35,284 bases of DNA, taken from IMG/VR virus record IMGVR_UViG_3300046779_000810, positions 1 to 35,284 of that record, one strand, 5' to 3'. Source of the stretch: a virus (lineage: Duplodnaviria > Caudoviricetes). Position numbers and translations under genes: made by a program. Under the pieces are notes generated by a model, which saw nothing but the letters and a program-made list of their open reading frames with translations, was not told the DNA's origin and did not search any database. Shown here piece by piece: positions 1 through 7,131 of the stretch. Numbering within the stretch: the first letter of the stretch is position 1; the number at the start of each line of letters is the position of its first letter.

Positions 1-1862
1 CCTTGACTTCCGCCTCGGCCACCTTTTGAGTAACCACCGTCAACATCGCCACCATCACCGGAACCAAAGAACGATGCTGTGCCGCCACCGGCGCCACCGC
101 TTCCGCCTGCTCCAAAAGGTGCTCCGCCACCGCCACCACCGCCACTATTAACTCCGCTGGCAAAACCACCACCACCACCACCGCCACCACCACCGGTAAT
201 GGCACCATAATTCCAAACCTGGAAGAACGATCCGCTAGCTGTGCTTGTAACTACTAGTCCCGGTGTGCCTGCAAATCCACCAGAACCGTTTCCGCCTACA
301 CCGCCTGCTCCGCCTCGTCCACCGCGGCCACTAATGTGCCCTTTGTTAATTAAGATTAGACCGTTAGGGAAACTTCCATCAATAATTAAACCGGCAACGT
401 CTCTGTGCTTAACTGGACTGTCTGATCCGTTATACGATAGGTTCTCAGTTCCTGCAAAGTAATAACCTTGCTCAATAGTAAATTGAAGTCTAGAACTTTG
501 ATTCCAACCTTGTGCAATGGCTAAACTTCTTACAGTTTGTGTAGAAGTATAGTTAGTAGTAACCGAAACATATTGTGTAATTGCAGTATCGTTAACAGAT
601 ATAACGTTGCTGGTAGAAACTACCTGACCAGAGGTAGAGTTAATCCTAAGTTCAATTAAGAAAAACTCTGTTCCTTCTGTTATATAATCTGCTGCCAGGG
701 TTCTAGTAAATGATCCAACATTGTTGTTTATAGTGACCATTCCGGAACCCGCACCGTCGGAGAAGTCTGCGGCAGTAAATCCTGGACCGCTAGCAAGTGT
801 CCAAAATAGTTGCGTTCCGTTTGTTACATTAGTTGTATTAACTGTAAATGTTACAGTGCTTCCTTCGTTTAATGAATCAAAATTGTTAGTAATAGCAAAA
901 GTAGAATTACTAGGAATTCCGCTTGGCTCAATTCTACCAATATTCACTGTAGCTGATTCAATTGTAAATGCTCCAGCTGCTCTTATTTCTGAAACAGCTA
1001 AACTTAATGTTCCGTCAACACCGTCTGGGCCCCCTGACGAACCAGTATGGCTGTCGATCCATTCAACTAAGAATTCAATAGTAGTTGCACCGCCACTAGA
1101 GTTGTTTGCTGTGTCAACTGCTCTAGCCCAAATCTTAAAAGAGTTTAAACTATAATTACCGCCAGCAGTTGAACTATACCAAGGATTAGTAAAGACGTTA
1201 GACAATCTGTAAAAGTTGCCCCCTGTTAATCCACCTGTGCCAGTTGTTGGTTTATTTCCACCAAATGCCCTAGTTCCGACTGTACTCGATAGATATGTGG
1301 TCCATTCGTTATTTTGGGCAGCAATAGTTCCGCTACCGCCAGATGTTGTTCCGCCAGATCTGCTAGTGCTAAATCTTATTTCGCCGCCACTGTTAAAAAA
1401 GTAACGAGCTTGGTCAGCCGTAGACCAAGACACAGTAACCAAACACTGAACAGTTCCGTTCCACCTTGATCCAAATGTGCCTGGCCAAGTTTGACTTGTA
1501 GATCCCTTGGATGTAATAATATTGTTAGGCGGAGTTGTAAATCTGTCAGTTGTAATACTAGTTGCCAATGTTTGATATTGGCTATACGGGGAATCTGTTA
1601 CATTTGATCTAACCGTTTCATTTACTACAGCGGTAGCTGCTGTAGGATTTGAATTATAGATATGATTCCAACAATAGGTAATATCCGACTTTAATTTATT
1701 CCAGTCAGATGCAGAAACTTTATTACTTTCAGAGACAGTTGAACTCGAAACTAACGATGTTTGACCATAGCCAGTATTACCTAATCCGGTTCCTAAAACC
1801 AAATTGACTTGATTTCTAATTGTGTTGTAATCAACTGCACGGATTTTGGCATTAACGGTCAT
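1..1862 (-). CDS. Partial (runs off the left edge, >620 aa) putative adhesin/receptor-binding virion protein: N-terminal domain paralogous to 1903..2811, an Ig/Calx-beta-like domain, and a C-terminal T2-gp38-like glycine-rich domain
   Basis: Not in the ORF track because there is no stop in the window. Manual translation from ATG at 1862: MTVNAKIRAVDYNTIRNQVNLVLGTGLGNTGYGQ...ARYFFNSGGEIRFSTSRSGG...SLNEGSTVTFTVNTTNV...ADYITEGTEFFLIELR...VNDT...LINKGHISGRGGRGG...NYGAITGGGGGGGGG...GGGGAPFGAGG. The frame stays open to position 1. Confidence 0.88.
   Translation of the reverse strand, partial: MTVNAKIRAVDYNTIRNQVNLVLGTGLGNTGYGQTSLVSSSTVSESNKVSASDWNKLKSDITYCWNHIYNSNPTAATAVVNETVRSNVTDSPYSQYQTLATSITTDRFTTPPNNIITSKGSTSQTWPGTFGSRWNGTVQCLVTVSWSTADQARYFFNSGGEIRFSTSRSGGTTSGGSGTIAAQNNEWTTYLSSTVGTRAFGGNKPTTGTGGLTGGNFYRLSNVFTNPWYSSTAGGNYSLNSFKIWARAVDTANNSSGGATTIEFLVEWIDSHTGSSGGPDGVDGTLSLAVSEIRAAGAFTIESATVNIGRIEPSGIPSNSTFAITNNFDSLNEGSTVTFTVNTTNVTNGTQLFWTLASGPGFTAADFSDGAGSGMVTINNNVGSFTRTLAADYITEGTEFFLIELRINSTSGQVVSTSNVISVNDTAITQYVSVTTNYTSTQTVRSLAIAQGWNQSSRLQFTIEQGYYFAGTENLSYNGSDSPVKHRDVAGLIIDGSFPNGLILINKGHISGRGGRGGAGGVGGNGSGGFAGTPGLVVTSTASGSFFQVWNYGAITGGGGGGGGGGFASGVNSGGGGGGGAPFGAGGSGGAGGGTASFFGSGDGGDVDGGYSKGGRGGSQ
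1390..1411. repeat. 22-nt identical repeat shared with 2363..2384
   Basis: ctgttaaaaaagtaacgagctt occurs in both paralogs (ARYFFNS motif). Confidence 0.85.
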
Positions 1863-1890
1863 GTCTATGTATTCTCTCTAAATTGCGAGG

Positions 1891-1896
1891 TATTTA
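1891..1896 (-). promoter_or_regulatory. Putative T4-type late promoter core (GTAAATA)
   Basis: TAAATA on the minus strand in the short intergenic gap, about 30 nt upstream of ATG 1862. The same motif recurs at four other gene junctions. Confidence 0.55.
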
Positions 1897-1902
1897 CTAT
1901 TA

Positions 1903-2811
1903 TTACGATGCCGCAATAACAGAAAGTGACGTTGCGCTTGGTCCTGCAATAGCTGGGTTATTCAACGTTGCGGTGATTTTGTCAACTGTAACGGTTACAG
2001 TTCCATCTACCGAACCGTTAGTATTTGGAATATCTCCAGGATTATTTCCTGGGTCCGAGTATCCGTCGACTAAAGTTATTCTAATAGTTACTTCGTTTGC
2101 TAATCCAGTTGAGTTATTTGGAACATTAGACCATGCTACAATTCTATAAATGTTTGCACTATACGGTGTACTTGATGTAACCTCGTATATTGTTTTAGCT
2201 TGAGTTGCAGTTGTTCCTTCTAAAGAATAGAAGTTTACTAACGAAGGAACGTTTCCACCAAACTGTTGAGTACCCGCAGAGTTTAATAAGTTAGTCCAAG
2301 CAGTATTTTGAGCAGTGACTGAACCTCCGGATCTAGAAGTTGTTATTCTTAGCTTTCCGCCGCTGTTAAAAAAGTAACGAGCTTCGTTACTATTGGCAAA
2401 TTGCACAACTAGATCGGTTGTAAGTGTTCCTGACCAAGCAGAAGTATAAGTTCTGCTAGCGACAGGCGTAATTGTAAACTGCCCTTGTCCTAATGCAAAT
2501 CTATTTTCGTCGGCTTGAAGCGACATTGCTGCATAATCTACTACAGGATCGCCGGCATCACTACCAATTGGGTTACCTAAAACTGCACTAACTAGAATAG
2601 GGGTATTACCGTCTTGATGAAACTTAGCTGTAATAATGTCGCTTCTTATGTTATTCCACTGGTCGCTGATGATTTCTTGACCTTGGATCACTGGGGAACT
2701 GTTATAAGTTTGTCCGTATCCCCTAGACCCAACACCAGTTCCTAGGATCTTTGCAATTCGATCCTGGATAGTGTTAAAGTCTGTTGCAGTTATTTCTGGT
2801 TTGACAGCCAT
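1903..2811 (-). CDS. Virion structural protein (302 aa), paralog of the N-terminal half of the 1..1862 protein
   Basis: Shares D(F/Y)NTI...LGTG.G..GYGQ, W..(I/L).SDI, ARYFFNSGG, SRSGG, AQN..WT and VDGT motifs with the downstream gene. Its start overlaps the upstream stop (TAATG at 2811). Confidence 0.8.
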   Translation of the reverse strand: MAVKPEITATDFNTIQDRIAKILGTGVGSRGYGQTYNSSPVIQGQEIISDQWNNIRSDIITAKFHQDGNTPILVSAVLGNPIGSDAGDPVVDYAAMSLQADENRFALGQGQFTITPVASRTYTSAWSGTLTTDLVVQFANSNEARYFFNSGGKLRITTSRSGGSVTAQNTAWTNLLNSAGTQQFGGNVPSLVNFYSLEGTTATQAKTIYEVTSSTPYSANIYRIVAWSNVPNNSTGLANEVTIRITLVDGYSDPGNNPGDIPNTNGSVDGTVTVTVDKITATLNNPAIAGPSATSLSVIAAS

Positions 2812-4601
2812 TATAGGATCACAGCCTCTACAAGTCTAAGTTCTGTTCTGTCATCAGTTTCTAAAGAAATTGCAAATGCATCAATATGTGTATGATGAGT
2901 AGAACGAATTGCATGTCCAGTATCGGTAGACACTAAACGATCGCCTTTTCTAATTGATCCAACAACAAGAACTGGCACTCGGCCTTTTAGAGCAATATAT
3001 GTACCGCCTTCTAGATCCTTGTTCATCATAAACGCAGGATTTCCAGATACTACACCTAACGCTCTTTCGCCTAACTTAGCAGCGGTAACTTCTTTTTCTC
3101 CACCTACAGATACAACAGTACCTACTTCGTATTCTTGATCTGCTAGATATTTTTCTGCTAGGTCAGCATAACGTGCCGATGTTGCTGTACCTTCAAACAA
3201 GTATGCTAAAATACTACCAGCACCGTTTCTAGCTACAATAGAATTTGCAATAGGATTAACCTTTGCAGATCTATAATTAGGATCGGTATCTACCGCAGCA
3301 TCATTGATTAATAATCTATCGGCTTTGTCAGTAGTTCCAATAAACTGTGTTGCATATAAATTGCCGCTACTATCTCTTACTGGAATAGAAGTTTTATCTA
3401 CACTTCCTGGGACCGCAACTGCCGGAGAAATATCGTTTAACTTACTTGCATTTGCAGCATTTCCATCAACGTTACCAATAACTGATCCAGTTAACACTCC
3501 AACAATATTTGCAGCAGTATAACCGATCTGTTTAGTTGTACCGTCAATTAACTTTTGACCGTCTTCAGCAGCAAGTAAATCACCTTTTACGGTTCCTATT
3601 AATGCGGCGTTAACTGTAGTTGCATTAATTGTTCCGGCTGTTACGGTTCCTGCGTAAACCTGTCTCCATCTTAATAAGTTTGTACCTAGGTCAAATGTAA
3701 GGTGATCGCCTGGTCGGAAAGTCTCGTTAGTGAATACTCCAATATCCTTAGCAACGTTATTGTCGTTAATTCTAACAGTAATAGGATTTCCTAGTCTGTT
3801 TTCAACTATTACCTCGTCATTGTTTTCAACGCGAATTCTAAAATCGTTACCGTTACCTACTTGGAATCCGTCGTCGTTAAAAAATACTGTAGACTCAAAA
3901 GGTGGTAGGGTGTCTCTTCTTAAGAACAGACTAGCATCAACTCCGCCTAACTTTGCAGCATTGCTTGAAGTTCCCCAGAAATAGAAGTTGTCAGCTGTAA
4001 CACCAGCAGAGTTTGTACTTGCAAGTGTAATACCTTTCTTAATTAGTGTAAAATCTTCAATTGGGGTTTGTGTTGGGTTTAATGTAAATTCGTCGTCTTG
4101 GTTAAGAATGGCTACTGTTTTACCGCCGGCCAACAATTTAAGTATTGTATGATTGTTGTTTAGGGTATCTTTAACAACTTGAGGAACCGCTCCGGCTGCT
4201 CCTAGTTCAGGACTTGCCTCTGGGCCGATTAGCAAATATTCAGTGCCTGTCCATGTATAAAGTTGTTTAGCAGAAGTATCGAACCAAAATTCACCAATTG
4301 CTAATCCAGATGGAGCAACTGTTCCAATTTCAGCACCGCCTGCTAAACGGAATCTGCTTCCATCATAGTATTTTAATTTCTTTTCGCCGCTGTCAAACCA
4401 AATTTGTCCAGTTATTTTCTTAGGCGGTTCTGTAGTATTTGCAAAGTTTTCTAGTAAATGTAAGAAGTTTTCGTTTTGAACTTCTCCATAACCTGCATAG
4501 TTCTTTCCTACAAAGCGTAGGTCAGTTACGTTAGTTTCGATAGAACCGTCTTCTACATTTACTAAGAATGTTCCGTTAAATCTGTCTAATTGATAAGCCA
4601 T
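2811..4601 (-). CDS. Tail fibre/spike with conserved N-terminal docking domain and C-terminal intramolecular chaperone (peptidase G2-like autocleaving domain)
   Basis: N-terminus VGKNYAGYGEVQNENFLHLLENFA...GQIWFD. C-terminus ARYADLAEKY...GTVVSVGGEKEVT...GVVSGNPAFMMN...IALKGRVPV..VG.I.KGD.LV resembles the phi29 gp12-type DxAE autoprocessing chaperone. Confidence 0.82.
   Translation of the reverse strand: MAYQLDRFNGTFLVNVEDGSIETNVTDLRFVGKNYAGYGEVQNENFLHLLENFANTTEPPKKITGQIWFDSGEKKLKYYDGSRFRLAGGAEIGTVAPSGLAIGEFWFDTSAKQLYTWTGTEYLLIGPEASPELGAAGAVPQVVKDTLNNNHTILKLLAGGKTVAILNQDDEFTLNPTQTPIEDFTLIKKGITLASTNSAGVTADNFYFWGTSSNAAKLGGVDASLFLRRDTLPPFESTVFFNDDGFQVGNGNDFRIRVENNDEVIVENRLGNPITVRINDNNVAKDIGVFTNETFRPGDHLTFDLGTNLLRWRQVYAGTVTAGTINATTVNAALIGTVKGDLLAAEDGQKLIDGTTKQIGYTAANIVGVLTGSVIGNVDGNAANASKLNDISPAVAVPGSVDKTSIPVRDSSGNLYATQFIGTTDKADRLLINDAAVDTDPNYRSAKVNPIANSIVARNGAGSILAYLFEGTATSARYADLAEKYLADQEYEVGTVVSVGGEKEVTAAKLGERALGVVSGNPAFMMNKDLEGGTYIALKGRVPVLVVGSIRKGDRLVSTDTGHAIRSTHHTHIDAFAISLETDDRTELRLVEAVIL
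4447..4484. repeat. 38-nt near-identical repeat (36/38) shared with 6960..6997
   Basis: ttttctagtaaatgtaagaagttttcgttttgaacttc vs ttttctagtaagtgtaagaagttttcgttttgtacttc. It encodes EVQNENFLHLLEN in two fibre paralogs. Confidence 0.85.
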
Positions 4602-4622
4602 CTTATTACCCCAATGATTTGA

Positions 4623-4628
4623 TATTTA
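4623..4628 (-). promoter_or_regulatory. Putative late promoter core (AATAAATA)
   Basis: TAAATA in the gap between the chaperone stop (4633) and ATG 4601, followed by a GGGG SD-like sequence. Confidence 0.55.
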
Positions 4629-4632
4629 TTTG

Positions 4633-4995
4633 TTATACGCTGACTATTCTACTTGCAGCAGCATTTCTTTTTTGTTCTAGGTCTACATACTCTGCATCTG
4701 ACAAAGAGGTAGAAATTCCTAATGCCTTTTGTCGAATATGTCGTAGTACCATCCAATCTGTGCTGCTTAAATATTCTCGTTCAACAGCATTTTTTAACTC
4801 TACACTTTTTTTATCCAACACATCTTTGGCAACAGGCTGCACTGATCTTGTTGCTACATCAAAGTAATGTGTTTGGTTTCTAATATTTTCGGCGTCGGCA
4901 TCAGGTATGTCAATAACTAACACGCTCTGCGGAACATTAGGAGCATAATTTAAGATGCTTATAATTTTATTATTTTCTATACAAACGTAGTGCAT
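4633..4995 (-). CDS. Tail fibre assembly chaperone (120 aa)
   Basis: The likely start is ATG at 4995 (MHYVCIENNK), 1 nt after the upstream TAA with GGAG upstream, rather than 5076. The motif REYLSSTDWMVLRH...LS..EY...R resembles phage tail assembly chaperones, and the gene lies directly after a fibre gene. Confidence 0.72.
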   Translation of the reverse strand: MHYVCIENNKIISILNYAPNVPQSVLVIDIPDADAENIRNQTHYFDVATRSVQPVAKDVLDKKSVELKNAVEREYLSSTDWMVLRHIRQKALGISTSLSDAEYVDLEQKRNAAASRIVSV

Positions 4996-4996
4996 A

Positions 4997-7111
4997 TTAA
5001 CTCCAGATAGCCATATAGTTAGCAGCTGGTGTTGAACGCTGCTCTGAGTTTTGTACATAAACTCTAATTCTGTCACCGAGATTAGACCAAGTACATCTCA
5101 TCGAATCGTCTCCGTTTACCCCGCCTGCATAATGAATTACTGCAATACTAGGAATAAATGCAATTAAATTGTCCATAGACTTTCCGCTAGGAGGAAACAC
5201 ATCAAAGTAGTTTGCATTGTTATTCCAGCTGCCAACTTGATTAGTATAACCAGATGTACTGTAAATTGTATTTCCCGATGTAACAGTAAACGAAGAATTA
5301 TCTACATATTGTTTTGTTACTGCATGATTAGCCGCAGTAGGTGTTGCAGTTAAAGAAATTCTAGCTGCTGAAAAATCACCGTTTGAATCTCGAGCCACAA
5401 CCTTATTAGCTGTACTAGATGATGTTGCATCTACAGACCAAATTCTTTCTGCTGAAGTATTGTAGTCATTACCTACAATGTAAGATCCAACCTTTAACGA
5501 AGGAAATACTTGAGTGTCCCAATATGGTATACCGCTTGCACCACCGCTCTTTAGAATCTGTCCAGCAAGGCCTGCCGGCAACATTGTAGTAGCATTAGCC
5601 GCTGACTGATAAGGTATTGCTCCTTTTGCTCCGCCACTTAGATTTGTACTTGTAATTGCAGAAGTAGCAGTGGTAGCATTTCCGGTTAACTCTCCAATGA
5701 ATTCGTTGGAATATGTTTTCTTGTATCTGTAGCTAGGATGTCCTAATGTAACTTGATTTGTTTCATTTGGTACTATTGCCGGAGAAGCTTCGCCGCCGCT
5801 TGATAACGCTATCGAAGATGGTAGTAACCATAATCCGCTTGCACCACCTACTACTCCCGAATCAGTAATTTCAAACTTTAACGGCAAGTCTGAAGAATTA
5901 TTTTTAATAGTTGGTACCATCGATGTCACAGATATTGACAACTGGTTTCCATTTCCTACAGTAATTCCGGCATCATTAACAGATAATGCTGACAACTTTC
6001 CAACTGAAGTTAAACTAGAAAATATAACCGAAGGATTTAAAGTATTGCCGGTTAATGTAAGAGCAGCCGAAGGAACTGTAACGTTACTAGTTCCGTCAAA
6101 TGTTACTCCGTTGATTGTTCTTGCAGTTTGTAATCGAGTAGCACTAAAAGCATTTCCCGATAATGTAGCACCGATGAACTGATTTGCTCTTACAATATTA
6201 AAATTGCTAGTTCCTTCTTCAACTGTAACATTACCTTGAACATTGCCAACTAGATCAGCATAAACTGTCCCTGCACTAAAATCTCCGTTGCTATTTCTTG
6301 CTACAACTTTTCCAATAACATTTGCAGATGACGCATCCACTGACCATGTATCTTCTACCGATCCATCAAAATCGTTTCCAGAGATGTAAGAACCTCTTTT
6401 TAATTTGTTAGTAGTGCTGGCTTTAACTGTAATGTTAGCTGTTCCGTCGAACGGTACTCCGTTAATATTACGTTGTGTTTCAAACCTATCGGCTCGTTGT
6501 GCTTTTCCTGTAACATTGCCGTGCATACTAACTAAAGAGGATAATGTTATACCTTCACCGATGTTAGTAAAACCAGCTATTGGATTTGTTACGCTTACAG
6601 TAAATGCTCTTGACGATACTATTCCAAGTATTACATCGTTTACAATTAGTAAAATTACAGGAACTAAAGTACCGCTCGAATCCGAAAGAACAATTGATTG
6701 AGCTCTTGTTACGCCAAATCCTTCTGCTGTTTCCGGTCCAACAAATGCCCAGGTTGAACCGTTCCAAATATATAAAGTATTGTAAGGAGTTTTAAACCAA
6801 AAAGATCCCAATGCAGGATTCTCAGGAGCAGTGTCAGATGTTATTGCAGATCCTACTCTTTCCCACTTGCTACCGTCATAGACATTAAGAACTTTTCGAC
6901 TACTGTCAAACCAAGTTTGACCGCTTATAGGTTTTGAAGGTGCGCCTGCACTAGAAAAATTTTCTAGTAAGTGTAAGAAGTTTTCGTTTTGTACTTCGCC
7001 GTAACCGGTATAATTTCTACCTAGAAGCCCTACACTGGTGCTAGTATCTAACGCACCATCCTCTAGTGTGATCAACGGTGTTCCGTCGGATTTATTAATA
7101 ATATAAGGCAT
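4997..7111 (-). CDS. Tail fibre protein (704 aa) with conserved N-terminal docking domain and internal fibre repeats
   Basis: N-terminus LGRNYTGYGEVQNENFLHLLENF. Two R.INGV.FDGT.N.TV repeats, two GSYI.GND...WSVDA.S....KVVAR.SNGDFSA repeats and an HAVTKQYVD neck motif. GAGGAG SD upstream. Confidence 0.85.
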   Translation of the reverse strand: MPYIINKSDGTPLITLEDGALDTSTSVGLLGRNYTGYGEVQNENFLHLLENFSSAGAPSKPISGQTWFDSSRKVLNVYDGSKWERVGSAITSDTAPENPALGSFWFKTPYNTLYIWNGSTWAFVGPETAEGFGVTRAQSIVLSDSSGTLVPVILLIVNDVILGIVSSRAFTVSVTNPIAGFTNIGEGITLSSLVSMHGNVTGKAQRADRFETQRNINGVPFDGTANITVKASTTNKLKRGSYISGNDFDGSVEDTWSVDASSANVIGKVVARNSNGDFSAGTVYADLVGNVQGNVTVEEGTSNFNIVRANQFIGATLSGNAFSATRLQTARTINGVTFDGTSNVTVPSAALTLTGNTLNPSVIFSSLTSVGKLSALSVNDAGITVGNGNQLSISVTSMVPTIKNNSSDLPLKFEITDSGVVGGASGLWLLPSSIALSSGGEASPAIVPNETNQVTLGHPSYRYKKTYSNEFIGELTGNATTATSAITSTNLSGGAKGAIPYQSAANATTMLPAGLAGQILKSGGASGIPYWDTQVFPSLKVGSYIVGNDYNTSAERIWSVDATSSSTANKVVARDSNGDFSAARISLTATPTAANHAVTKQYVDNSSFTVTSGNTIYSTSGYTNQVGSWNNNANYFDVFPPSGKSMDNLIAFIPSIAVIHYAGGVNGDDSMRCTWSNLGDRIRVYVQNSEQRSTPAANYMAIWS

Positions 7112-7131
7112 TTCTTAGTTCGCTCCTCGAA

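Noticed and set aside
1-340. GC-rich (ccg/cca)n repeat-like stretch
   Set aside because: It is explained by glycine codons of the gp38-like domain, not by a DNA repeat element or foreign island.
4996-5076. ORF-track start at 5076 for the chaperone gene (and 29816 for gp25)
   Set aside because: Both extensions overlap the upstream gene. ATGs at 4995 and 29756, 1 nt after the upstream stops, are more plausible.
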